From Mobula hypostoma (taxonomy: Eukaryota), in assembly GCF_963921235.1 (NCBI RefSeq), contig NC_086097.1, forward strand, positions 84,074,001 to 84,138,000: a stretch of DNA of 64,000 bases. Direction: 5' to 3'. Positions 1 through 12,231 of the stretch are shown here, in pieces. Positions within the stretch are counted from its first letter, which is position 1; every line of letters begins with the position of its first letter. Below the pieces are notes generated by a model. The model had not been told where the DNA came from. It made no database searches and was given only the letters and a program-made list of their open reading frames with translations. The position numbers were made by a program, and so were the translations under genes.

Positions 1-350
1 CCCCTTGGTATGAACATAGAATTCTCCAACTTCTGGTAACTCTCTCCTCCTCTCTTCCTCTATCCCTATTTCACTCTGCCCCCTCCCCCAGCTGCCTATC
101 TCCTCCCTCATGGTTCCGCCTCCTTCTTCTACTACCCATTGTTTTCCTGCCTATGACATCCCTGCTTCCCCTCCCCCACCCCTTTGTCTTTCAAATTACT
201 GGTCTTTCAACTGAACCTACAAGCATTCTTCAAATCCTTCCCCCTCCTTCTTTGTTCAGTCCTGACGAAGGGTTCTGGCCTGAAATGTCGACTCATCGTT
301 TCCACTGATGCTGCCCGACCTGCTGAGTTCCTCCAGCGTGTTGTGAGTGT
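1..350 (+). mobile_element. Penelope-like element 3' terminal repeat fragment with minimal hammerhead motif (257-294)
   Basis: Begins with a GIY-YIG C-terminal remnant (GGTATGAACATAGAATTCTCCAACTTC), then a pyrimidine-rich tract and CAGTC-CTGACGA-...-GAAA-TGTC-GACT. Homologous to the Penelope ends at 49261 and 54579. Confidence 0.75.
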
Positions 351-715
351 TACAGGAGCCTTATATCTCACACCAACAGGCACAGGAACAGTTATTAATC
401 ATCAGGCTCCTGAACCAGCATGGATAACTTCACTTACCTCAACAATGAACTGCTTCCTCAACTGATCAATTCACTTTCAAGAACTCCACATCTCATGTTC
501 TTAGTCTTATTTACCCATTTATTTATTTAGTATTTTCACAGTTCATCTTTTTTTGCACTTTGGGTTGTCAATCTGTGTTTGTGAGTAGTTTTTCATTGAG
601 AATCTATTATATTGCTTTGTTCTGTGAATGCCTGCAAGAAATTGCATCTCAGGGTTGTATAGGTTACATATATGTAACTTTGATAATATATTTACTTTGA
701 ACTTTGAACTTTATA
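350..715 (+). mobile_element. Rex1/Babar-type LINE 3' end fragment
   Basis: Ends ...ACTTTGATAATATATTTACTTTGAACTTTGAACTTT, a short tandem tail like the other Rex1 ends in the window. Confidence 0.5.
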
Positions 716-719
716 GAAA

Positions 720-916
720 CCCTTGGGATTCTCTTTCACCTTGTCTGCCACAGTAACCTCATGTCCTCTTCTTGCCCGCTTGATTTATTTCTTCAATTTC
801 CTCTTGATCTTCTTATACACTTCAATCACCTCATTTGATCCTATCTATCTATACTTTAAATGGGCCTTCTTTTTCTTCACCAGGGTCTCAATATCCACCA
901 ATAAACAAAGTTCACT
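720..916 (-). mobile_element. Old CR1 LINE ORF2 fragment, left half (continues at 18142-18360)
   Basis: Minus strand resembles the CR1 ORF2 linker region. The sequence resumes collinearly after the outer LTR element. Confidence 0.65.
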
Positions 917-1312
917 TGTAACAGTGGAGGTTGCTGGGCTGGGTTTGAACTGGGATTGTTATGCTCAAGTTTTGTTTCTTTAATCAGTGGTCTTCAAGGA
1001 GAGACTTAGACCAGGTGGACCCAAGTGCAGAGGGGACTGGAGATGAGGATGGAACTAAACAAAGAATCTTTACTTGTGAACTGGTTAGTAGAGAATACAT
1101 GCTAGGACTCAAGAATCACTACACACAGGGTAGGTAAACTCAGGACTGAGCAAAGATGAACAAAACAGAAAACTTAAATAAACAACAAGACACAGTGCAC
1201 TGATAACTAAGATAACACATAGGTGAAACTAATCAACTAACAATTAGGGGTGCAGGAGTATCGGAACCTGGAGGACTTTGGGGCCCCCAGGTGGTCAGAC
1301 TGAGGCATGACA
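917..1312 (-). repeat. 3' LTR of the sushi-like element
   Basis: TGTAAC...ATGACA. Shares long blocks (GGAGAGACTTAGACCAGGTGG, GGTAGGTAAACTCAGGACTGAGCAAAGATGAA) with 17781-18141. A purine tract precedes it on the minus strand. Confidence 0.85.
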
Positions 1313-1349
1313 GGAATCCCCATACCTTTTCCTGACTGGCTGCTGACAT

Positions 1350-4300
1350 CCCAGGGCAATGGTGAAAGGTTTTGATCAGGTCTAGGTCCAGAATGTCATG
1401 GGGGTGGCCGGGGGGTACCCACAGTGTTTCCTGTGGGCTATATTCCTCCCATTTCACCAAGTACTGGAGCAGCCATGAACCAGAAAAGGATCCAGAAGCT
1501 AACAGATGGTGAACACTGGCAAATGATGCAAAGAGCTGTGGGCAAACTCAGGACCTTGCCAGCAGACTGCACAGAAGGAGCTTTGGATGGCAAACATGGA
1601 AGGTGGAGTTGACATTCATGGTATATGTCCACTAAAGATGGTAAATAACTGGGTTGATCTGAACCTTGATAGTCTGATGTAGCATGGCACTGGTTTCTGA
1701 GACTTAAACCACAGAGGGATGTCGTTGATAGATAGATTTTTTTGACCAGGAGGGAACAAATGCCGCAGCAGACTCTGATGGTTGGCTTGCTACTGTTGTT
1801 ACAGAGAGGCCTTCGGCAGGGCTGCCTGAACTTTCCTCCATTTTTGCCAGCAATGGCAAGCTAGCTGTTCAGCAGACAGGACTTCCACCTCGGACTCCTT
1901 CTAGGGAAACAGAAGTGGGGGGGGTGGGGGTAACCAAAACGACTCTCGAAGGGAGACATACCAGTAGAAGAGCAACACAGTGTTATCAGCAAGCTTTGTC
2001 CAGAGCAAGTGATTGCTCCAGGTGGATGGATGACACCTCAGGTTCTTCTCCAGGTCCTGGTTGGACCTCTCTGCCTGCCCAGTGTACTGGGGGGTGAAAT
2101 CCCAATGAGAGACTGACCATAACTTTAATAAGCCAACAGAAGGCCTTTCAGAACTGGAAGACAAACTGAGGGTCTCAGTCAGAAACAGTGTCCTGGGGAA
2201 AGCTGTGTACCCTAAACATGTATTGCAGCATAAGGTTGGCCATCTCCCAAGCTGAGGGAAGCTTGGTATGGGCACAACGTGACAAGCCTCAAAGAACTGG
2301 TCCCTCACCACCATAATCCCAGTGTTACCTTGTGATGTTCGCAGACTGGCAATGAAGTCTGAGGAGGTAAGGGACCAGGGATGGGAAGAAATGGACACTG
2401 GGTGTAGTAGCTCCTGTGGATGTGAACTGGGTTCCTTGTTCCGGTCGTAGATGTGTCAGGCTTCCATATAGGAATTGACATTCCCATACATGCCCAGCCA
2501 CCAGAACTGCATGTACTCTTCCATTTGAGCAGTCCTTAGATACCCTGTGATATGTGATGTGTGCTCTCATTGTTACACATCTAATTGGACAGATTTAGGG
2601 ACAAAAAGACGACAGACAACATGGTGTGCTGCCAACTGGGTCTGCCTTGTGCTGTTGTGCTCTCCTGATGATGACCTCAACCTCCCATTGGAACTGTGCC
2701 ACCAGCCTGGACCTTGGGAGGATGGGACAACGACTAGGTCTTTTGGTTCAATCTGCCTGGAGAGGGCATCCAGCTTCTGATTCTATGAGCCTGAGATTCG
2801 CTGAGATTCGCTGAGATTCTCTGAGGTAATGATAAGATCAAAATGGTTATTAAAAAAATGAGACCCGCAGCCTGGTGTGAATTTAACCACTTTTCCTCTG
2901 GAGTATAGGCCAGGTTGTTGTGGTTTGTCCAGACAACAAATGAATGTTTGGCCACCTCCAGCCAATGTCTCCACTCCTCCATGGCTAATCTGATTGTCAT
3001 CAGCTCTCTATTTCCTGTGCCATAACTCCTCTCCGCAGGGGAGAACTATTGGGAGGAGAAAGCACAGGGTTGGAGTTTCTGGTTAGATGGGGAGGGGGGG
3101 ATGTGAATGAACAGCCCCAACCCTAGCATCAGAGGTGTCTACCTCAGCAGTGAATGGCAGCTCAGGGTCAGGGACAGCAAGCACAGAAGTCTTTGTGAAG
3201 TGACACTTCAATTCTCGAAAAGTCACCTCAGCTTCTGGGGTCCAGCAAAATGGGCCAGCAGTCAGGCAGAGTGGTAAGAGGTACTGTGATAGAATTGAAG
3301 TTGTGGATGAACCTCTGGTAAAAAATCTGCGGACCCCGGAAATTGCTGGAGCTCTTGATCATTGTGGGTTGTGCTCAATCCCTGATGGCTTGGGTCTTGT
3401 TAGAGTCCATCTGCAAGTCCCCATTTGGTGGAATTACAAATATCTATCACCAAATATAGACTGGAGTTCTTTGATGAAATAACAGGCAGTGGATATTGTT
3501 TACTTGGATTTTCAGAAGGCTTTTGGCATGGTGCCATACATGAGGTCCTTAACAAGGTAAGAGCCCATGGTATTACAGGAAAGATACTAGCATAGATAGA
3601 AGATTGGCTCTCTGGCAGGAGGCAAAGAATGGGTAAAAGGGCCCTTTCTAGTTGGCGGCAGGTCACTAGTGGTGTTTCGCAGGGGTCGATATTGGGACCA
3701 CTTCTTTCCATGTTTTATGTCAATGACGATGATGATGATGGAATTGATGGCTTTGTGGCCAAGTTGACAGACAAGACAAAAATAGGTGGAGGGGCAGATA
3801 GTGTTGAGGAAGCAGAAAGTCTACAGAGGGACTTGGACAGATTGAGAGAATAGGTAAAGAAGTGGCAGATGGAATATAGTGTAAGGAAGTGTATGGCCAT
3901 GCACTTTGGTAGAAGGAATAAAGGCATAGACTATTTTCTAAACAGGGAGAAAAATCAAAAATCAGAGGTGCAAAGGGTCTTGAGAGTCCATACAAGATTT
4001 CCTAAAGGTTAACTTGCAGGTTGGGTTGGTCGTAAGGAAGGCAAATTCATTTCAAGAGGACTAGAATATAGGAGCAAGGATGTGGTCCTGATGCTTTGTA
4101 AGGCATTGGTTAGACTGCACTTGGAATATTGTGAGCATGTTTGGTCCCTTATCTAAAAGATGTGCTGCCATTAGAGAGGATCCAGGAGAGGTTTCCGAGA
4201 ATGGAAGGGTTAACGCATGAGGAGTGTTTGATGGCTCTGGGCCCATAGTCATGGAATTTGACTGAAACCTACCAAATATTGAAAGGCCAAGATAGAGTGG

Positions 4301-6756
4301 ATGTGGTGACAGTGTTTCCTACAGTAGAAGAGTCTAGGACCAGAGGGCACAGTCTCAGAATAGAGGTACGTCCATTTAACATAAAGATGAGGAAAATTTT
4401 CTTTAGCCAGAGGGTGGTGAATCTGTGGAATTCATTGTCATGCGGGGCTATGGAGGCCAAATAATTGAGTATATTCAAAGCAGAGGTTGATAAGGTCTTG
4501 GTTAGTCAGGGGGTCAAAGTCATGGGAAGAAGGCAGGAGAATGGGGTTGAGAGGGTTAATAAATCAGCCATGATGGAATGGCAAAGCAGACTCAATGGGC
4601 CAAGTAGTCTAATTCTACTCCTATGTCTTACGATCTTTGAGACAATAAACCCGAGGAAGGACACTGTAGATGTGGAACTCACTCTTTTCCAGCTTGATGA
4701 ACAGTCGGTTCTGGAGTAAACAATGTTCATGGTAGGACTTGGAGAAGACGAGTGCACCATCCAGGTACATGAAGACAAAGTGATGTAGAATCTCTTGGAG
4801 AACTTTGCTGATAAAGGTCTGGAAGACCGTAAGAGCATTGATAAACTAAATGGCATCATGAGATATTCATAGTGGCCAGAGGAGGTGTAAAAAGCTGGCT
4901 TCCATTCATCACCCTCCCAAATGTGGGCCAAGTTGTATTCACTTTGGAGGTCCAGTTTAGTAAAGATGGTTGCTCTTTGCAGCAACTCGAAAGGCATGGT
5001 CATCAGTGGCAAGGGATACAAATTCTTCACTGTGATCTTATTGAGGCCATGATAATCTATACGTTTTCTGAGACCTTCAGTCTTTTTTGTGATGAAGAAG
5101 GTGGCTGCACCACTAGGGGATGTAGAGGGATGAATGAAAATGGACACGGTTATCACAGACATACTCCTCCATGGCCACCTTTTCTGGAGCTGATAGGGAG
5201 TAGAGTACCCTTTGTCCTCTAGGTTCCAGGCAACAATTCAATTGCGCAGTCATAGATTCAATGAGATAGGAGTGGTGTGGCCCTTTTCTTACTACCAGGT
5301 TTGCGTACTCAGGAAGAACTTGGGATAGCTCAGGAGAGACTGGAGACATCTGGGAGAGATGGGTAGGCATATGGCCCAACAGCAAGAAGAACATCCTTGG
5401 AGTGCACTGGTGGACTAGTTAACTTGTGGGTTGTGGAGAGCGAACCAGGGTTGTCCTGAGATGAATGGAAACTCAGGAGAATGTACATGGTGAAACTGGA
5501 TAGTGTTGGTATGCTGTTCTATATGTAGAAGATGAGAGCAGTGAGGTGGCAGGTCCTTCCAGGACCTAGAGGTTTCCTGTCCAGAGCTGTGGCTATTGCT
5601 GGGTGGATGAGATGGACAAGGGACACTTAGCAATGTTTTGCTAAATTGAGGTCCAGAAAATGGCCTGCTGCACCAGAATCCATAAAGGGCTCTAACAGCA
5701 TGTTTTTGTTGGCCCCAAGAGATGGGGGTAGACCTGGGAGGAATGGTGGAACCTATCACACATCCCCCTCCCCTGGACTGGTCTAGATTTTTCCCGACAA
5801 CTCAGGACGGGCAGAAAAAAAATTGCAGGGCTCACCACAGCAGAGGCAACACTTTCCCTTTATTCTCTGGTCCCGCTCAGCTGGAGGAACTAAGGTTCTA
5901 CCCAGCTGCGTCGGCTCTTCTGGAGGACGTTGAGGGGAGCTGGGGAGTGTGCATTACCACACCAAGTCCAACGAGGCTGGAGGGGCTCAGAGATTGGCAA
6001 CTCTAGAGGACTCACTGTGGTGCTCTCTTCTCCTTTCCTGGAGATGATTGCCTATATCTGGATGGAAGAATCATTGAGTCTAGGGATCCTGAGCTGGGTC
6101 TCTGGCTGCCAATTAATTTTTAATTTCACCTAATAACCCATGGTGGAATATGGCCAGGAGGGTTTCAGTGCTCCAACCACTCTCTACCAGAAGGGTGTGG
6201 AATTCAGTTGTGTAATCAGCCATATGCTATGAGTGCTCTGACAAAGTTCGAGGTGCTGGTTGGCTGCCTCTCATCTGCTGATTGGGTGGTCAAACACCTT
6301 CTCCATCTCTCCGATGAAGAAGGATATATCTGCACAACCCAGAGAGAGGTCTTCTCCCAGAGCACTGTAGCTCAGGCAAGAACACTTCCAGAGAGGAGAG
6401 AGATGATTTAAGTCATCTTGCAGTGGTCAGAGGGGAGCCTGGTGGGTTGCAGTTCAAAAGCCAGAGAACAATGTGTGAGAAGCCTTGCACATGTCCCTTG
6501 GTTGCCATCAGATTGCTCTGATGCCACCATGGGAAACTGGAAAAGGACAAGCAGGTGATGTCTCTTTGTTGGCTGGAGACTCAGGAGTTGAGGGGTGAGG
6601 AGGATAGCAGCAGGAGTTTGCTGGCTCAGCTGGGGGGTCTCAGTAGAGCATCTGTAGTGTGGTTAAGATCTGCTGGAACATATGCACATGTCTACCTACC
6701 ATGATTTCCCAGCTGGCCAGCACTGATCGGAGATGCTCATACTTTGTTGGGTCCAT
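1350..6756 (-). pseudogene. Sushi-like gag-pol remnant (gag, PR, RT, RH, INT, chromodomain) with many stops and frameshifts
   Basis: Domain motifs are recognisable in fragmented minus-strand ORFs in the order PR-RT-RH-INT-CHD. Confidence 0.85.
3425..4630 (+). mobile_element. 5'-truncated CR1 LINE inserted in the sushi RT region
   Basis: VTSGVSQGSILGP and RTRGHSLRIE..FFSQRVVNLWNSL motifs plus CR1 3' tail. The host RT frame ([10 protein letters not shown] / LQMDSNK) resumes on both sides. Confidence 0.9.
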
Positions 6757-6762
6757 GTTTGG

Positions 6763-6773
6763 GCTCAGTCTTG
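6763..6773 (-). promoter_or_regulatory. Putative self-priming primer-binding site of the sushi-like element
   Basis: Minus-strand CAAGACTGAGC next to the 5' LTR is complementary at 10/11 positions to minus-strand LTR GCTCAGTCCTG (17959-17969; 1141-1151). In the 3' LTR that segment lies ~29 nt downstream of TATTTAAG. Confidence 0.6.
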
Positions 6774-6830
6774 TTGTAATGGCGGGGGTGGGGTAGGGGA
6801 AGGGAAGGGGTTGCCATGCTGGGTTTGTTC

Positions 6831-7711
6831 TGTTACGTAACCGGCAACAATGAATATCAATCGAGACAGGTTATATAAAAACAACCAAACATTTGTTAAA
6901 CACGGATAAACGATAAAAAAAAAACCCAAAACTTTAACCGGAAATTAACCGTTATGCAGCCGTTCAACAAATCATCACTCGGCACTGGTTCTTAAAGCGT
7001 TAAATGCGAAAACAGTTCTTAAAGCGATAAAGTCAGATATAGTTCTTAAAATGGTAAATTCAAAAGTCCAACAGATTTATACGTTCAATTGGGAGAGACT
7101 TCTCTGGAGAAAGATTTCTTCATAGACGCGACTTTCCTGCTGGTTCTGTATACAGGATTCACGATGCAGTAAATAAACAGTTTAAAAGAACTGACCTTAA
7201 ATTCTAGAGAGAGCAAACCTTTGCATGAACTCTTTGCTGGTTTGGCAAGATTTATCTTTGATGCAGGTCACTACTCCTTCAACGAAGACTCAATAAGGTC
7301 GATCCTTTGTTAAACTGCCAAACGATACCGACTCCTCTCAATCCTTCGGTCCTGTATTTCAATAAAGTCTTCACTCTCCCTTCTACTGCTGCTGGAATAA
7401 GGTACATCAGCACATCTAGCAAAAATTTCCAGTCCAGAAATATTGTACCTTGCAACAGAATGCACAACCATTTCAAAAATGAAACTGCGTCACAAAAAAA
7501 ACATGCAACAGAAACGGAGACACAGCACATTCTACCTGGAAATCTAAAAACTAAAAACTAACTGCGTCATTTGGGGTCTACCCTTATATACCCGTGGTGC
7601 ACATGTCATCATGTGACCTCACATCGGCGGGAAAATTACATCGGGGACCTCCAAAAGACCATTACATCATTCTCACAAAAAAAAACACAGATCTCCTTGA
7701 GGCATGTAACA
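6831..7711 (-). repeat. 3' LTR of the Gmr1-like element
   Basis: TGTTACGTAACCGG...GGCATGTAACA. Near-identical direct repeat of 16894-17776. Confidence 0.95.
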
Positions 7712-8085
7712 CCTCCCTCCAAAAAAAATTGGTCTCTTAAAGAACAAAATTTTAACAATTAACAATTTATACAAAAAAAATACAAAGGTATAAAATTTAC
7801 AACATACACAATACATACACAATATATGAAATTTTCGTTATTTTTTTTCTCCAACGGCTTTCTGAGAGGCGGGACTGCGCAGGCGTGTGACGTCGGGCAG
7901 TGCAGCGCGGCAGATTTAAAAGGAACAAAGCCTCATAGAGCGGGCAGCGTAGTTTGCGGGCGGCAGAGTGAGCCGGGAGCAGAGTGAAGACTTAAGGGCT
8001 TCGGCTCACTGGGCTTAGGCGGAAGCGGGCGAAGCGAGGAAGGTTTGACATTCATTTTCTGTTGCTATTTGAGGAGAGGGGCATT

Positions 8086-9017
8086 ATGACTGTGAGGGCA
8101 GTTTGCTGTTCTCGGTGTCGGATGTGGGAGGCCCTGGAGTCTCCAAGCCTCCCGGACGTCTACATCTGCGCCAAGTGCATCGAGATGCAGCTCCTAAGGG
8201 ACCGCGTTACGGAACTGGAGCTGCAGCTCGATGACCTTCGTCTGGTCAGGGAGAGCGAGGAGGTGATAGGAGTGGAAGGCAGGTGGTCATGGCGGGGCCA
8301 CGGGAGGCAGACAAGTGGGTCACGGTTAGGAGGGGGAAGGGGAAAAGTCAGGTGATGGGGAGTACCCCGGTGGCTGTGCCCCTTAACAACAGGTACTCCT
8401 GTTTGAGTACTGTTGGAGGGGACAGCTTACCCGGGGGAAGCGACAGTGGCCCTGCCTCCGGCACAGAGTCTGGCCCTGTAGCTCAGAAGGGTAGGGCAAG
8501 GAAGAGGAGGGCAGTTGTGATAGGGGACTCGATAGTAAGGGGGTCAGATAGGCGATTCTGTGGACGCAGTCCAGAGACCCGGATGGTAGTTTGCCTCCCT
8601 GGTGCCAGGGTCCGGGATATTTCTGATCGTGTCCAAGATATCCTGAAGTGGGAGGGTGAGGAGCTAGAGGTCGTGGTACAGATAGGTACCAATGACATAG
8701 GTAGGAAAAGGGATGAGGTCCTGAAAGGAGAATATAGGGAGTTAGGAAGGGAGTTGAGAAAAAGGACCGCAAAGGTAGTAATCTCGGGATTACTGCCTGT
8801 GCCACGTGACAGTGAGAGTAGGAATGCGATGAGGTGGAGGATAAATGCGTGGCTGAGGGATTGGAGCAGGGGGCAGGGATTCAAGTTTTTGGATCATTGG
8901 GACCTCTTTTGGTGCAGGCGTGACCTGTACAAAAAGGACGGGTTACACTTGAATCCTAGGGGGACCAATATCCTGGCAGGGAGATTAGCGGGGGCTACTG
9001 AGGTGACTTTAAACTAG
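8086..9017 (+). pseudogene. CR1 ORF1p (zinc finger/leucine zipper + SGNH esterase), one frameshift near 8270
   Basis: CSRC..CAKC..LELQLDDL in ORF 8062-8355; VIGDSIVR, GTND and DGLHLN in ORF 8283-9017. Confidence 0.9.
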
Positions 9018-9022
9018 AATGG

Positions 9023-12000
9023 TTGGGGAGTGGGAATCAAATTAAAGAGGCTAGGCGTGAGGAGGTTAGTTCACAACAGAGGGATGGGAACCAGTGCAGA
9101 GAGACAGAGGGGTGTAAAGTGAGCGTAGAAGCAAAAAGTACAAAGGAGAAAAGTAAAAGTGGCAGGCCGACAAATCCAGGGCAAGCATTAAAAAAGGCCA
9201 CTTTTCAACATAATTGTACAAGGGCTAAGAGAGTTGTAAAAGAGTGCCTGAAGGCTTTATGTGTCAATGCAAGGAGCATTCGTAATAAGGTGGATGAATT
9301 GAAAGTGCAGATTGTTATTAATGATTATGATATAGTTGGGATCACAGAGACATGGCTCCAGGGTGACCAGGGATGGGAGCTCAACGTTCAGGGATATTCA
9401 ATATTCAGGAGGGATAGACATGAAGGAAGGGGAGGTGGCGTGGTGTTGCTGGTTAAAAAAGAGATTAACGCAATAGAAAGGAAGGACATAAGCTGGGAAG
9501 ATGTGGAATCGATATGGGTAGAGCTGCGTAACACTAAGGGGCAGAAGACGCTGGTGGGAGTTGTGTACAGGCCACCTAACAGTAGTAGTGAGGTCAGAGA
9601 TGGTATTAAACAGGAAATTAGAAATGTGTGCAATAAAGGAACAGCAGTTATAATGGGTGACTTCAATCTACATGTAGACTGGGTGAACCAAATTGGTAAA
9701 GGTGCAGAGGAAGAGGATTTCTTGGAATGTATGCGGGATGGTTTTTTGAACCAACATGTCGAGGAACCAACTAGAGAGCAGGCTATTCTGGACTGGGTTT
9801 TGAGCAATGAGGAAGGGTTAATTAGCGATCTTGTCGTGAGAGGCCCCTTGGGTAAGACTAACCATAATATGGTGGAATTCTTCATTAACATGGAGAGTGA
9901 CATAGTTAATTCAGAAACTTAAAGAGGGGTAACTTTGAAGGTATGAGACGTGAATTAGCTAAGATAGACTGGCAAATGACACTTAAAGGATTGACGGTGG
10001 ATATGCAATGGCAGGCATTTAAGGGTTGCATGGATGAACTACAACAATTGTTCATCCCAGTTTGGCAAAAGAATAAATCAAGGAAGGTAGTGCACCCGTG
10101 GCTGACAAGAGAAATTAGGGATAGTATCAATTCCAAAGAAGTAGCATACAAATTAGCCAGAGAAAGTGGCTCACCTGAGGACTGGGAGAAATTCAGAGTT
10201 CAGCAGAGGAGGACAAAGGGCTTAATTAGGAAGGGGAAAAAAGATTATGAGAGAAAACTGGCAGAGAACATAAAAACGGACTGTAAAAGCTTTTATAGAT
10301 ATGTAAAAAGGAAAAGACTGATAAAGACAAATGTAGGTCCCCTGCAGACAGAAACAGGTGAATTGATTATGGGGAGCAAGGACATGGCAGACCAATTGAA
10401 TAATTACTTTGGTTCTGTCTTCACTAAGGAGGACATAAATAATCTTCCAGAAATAGTAAGGGACAGAGGGTCCAGTGAGATGGAGGAACTGAGTGAAATA
10501 CATGTTAGTAGGGAAGTGGTGTTAGGTAAATTGAAGGGATTGAAGGCAGATAAATCCCCAGGGCCAGATGGTCTGCATCCTAGAGTGCTTAAGGAGGTAG
10601 CCCAAGAAATAGTGGATGCATTAGTGATAATTTTTCAAAACTCGTTAGATTCTGGACTAGTTCCTGAGGATTGGAGGGTGGCTAATGTAACCCCACTTTT
10701 TAAAAAAGGAGGGAGAGAGAAACCGGGGAATTATAGGCCGGTTAGCCTAACGTCGGTGGTGGGGAAACTGCTGGAGTCAGTTATCAAGGATGTGATAACA
10801 GCACATTTGGAAAGCGGTGAAATGATCGGACAAAGTCAGCATGGATTTGTGAAAGGAAAATCATGTCTGACGAATCTCATAGAATTTTTTGAGGATGTAA
10901 CTAGTAGAGTGGATAGGGGAGAACCAGTGGATGTGGTATATTTGGATTTTCAAAAGGCTTTTGACAAGGTCCCACACAGGAGATTAGTGTGCAAACTTAA
11001 AGCACACGGTATTGGGGGTAAGGTATTGGTGTGGGTGGAGAATTGGTTAGCAGACAGGAAGCAAAGAGTGGGAATAAACGGGACCTTTTCAGAATGGCAG
11101 GCGGTGACTAGTGGGGTACCGCAAGGCTCAGTGCTGGGACCCCAGTTGTTTACAATATATATTAATGACTTGGATGAGGGAATTAAATGCAGCATCTCCA
11201 AGTTTGCGGATGACACGAAGCTGGGTGGCAGTGTTAGCAGTGAGGAGGATGCTAAGAGGATGCAGGGTGACTTGGATAGGTTGGGTGAGTGGGCAAACTC
11301 CTGGCAGATGCAATTTAATGTGGATAAATGTGAAGTTATCCACTTTGGTGGCAAAAATAGGAAAACTGATTATTATCTGAATGGTGGCCGATTAGGAAAA
11401 GGGGAGGTGCAACGAGACCTGGGTGTCATTATACACCAGTCATTGAAAGTGGGCATGCAGGTACAGCAGGCGGTGAAAAAGGCGAACGGTATGCTGGCAT
11501 TTATAGCGAGAGGATTCGAGTACAGGAGCAGGGAGGTACTACTGCAGTTGTACAAGGCCTTGGTGAGACCACACCTGGAGTATTGTGTGCAGTTTTGGTC
11601 CCCTAATCTGAGGAAAGACATCTTTGCCATAGAGGGAGTACAAAGAAGGTTCACCAGATTGATTCCTGGGATGGCAGGTCTTTCATATGAAGAAAGACTG
11701 GATGAACTGGGCTTGTACTCGTTGGAATTTAGAAGATTGAGGGGGGATCTGATTGAAACGTATAAGATCCTAAAGGGATTGGACAGGCTAGATGTGGGAA
11801 GATTGTTCCTGATGTTGGGGAGGTCCAGAACGAGGGGTCACAGTTTGAGGATAGAGGGGAAGCCTTTTAGGACCGAGATTAGGAAAAACTTCTTCACACA
11901 GAGAGTGGTGAATCTGTGGAATTCTCTGCCACGGCAAACTGTTGAGGCCAGTTCATTGGCTATGTTTAAGAGGGAGTTAGATATGGCCCTTGTGGCTACA

Positions 12001-12036
12001 GGGGTCAGGGGGTATGGAGGGAAGGCTGGGTTCTGA
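9023..12036 (+). pseudogene. CR1 ORF2p (APE endonuclease + reverse transcriptase), one frameshift near 9917
   Basis: NARSIRNK, GITETWL, GDFN (APE); PGPDG, YRPVSLTS, GVPQGSVLGP, FADD (RT). ORFs 9023-9922 and 9943-12036 are otherwise uninterrupted. Confidence 0.95.
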
Positions 12037-12231
12037 GTTGGATGATCAGCCATGATCATAATAAATGGCGATGCAGGCTCGAAGGGCCGAATGGCCTACT
12101 CCTGCCCCTATTTTGTATGTTTCTATGTTTCTATATACAGTCTTATCTTTCAGCACTTTACAAACTAATATACAGTAGGAGTGTTACAAATGTTAAAATA
12201 CCACTCCAAAAAACAAATTTTCATTGTACAT

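Larger units (their letters stand above)
7828..12134 (+). mobile_element. Near full-length young CR1 LINE inserted in the 3' UTR of the Gmr1 element
   Basis: CpG-rich 5' UTR, ORF1, ORF2, 3' UTR and (TTTCTATG)n-type tail. TATAT overlaps both junctions (7823-7827, 12132-12136). Confidence 0.95.

Noticed and set aside
7279..7762. Duplicated ORFs also seen at 17342-17618
   Set aside because: They lie inside the two LTRs; the duplication reflects LTR identity, not a gene.
8383..12059. Multiple minus-strand ORFs of 70-170 aa
   Set aside because: Shadow ORFs opposite the CR1 coding strand.
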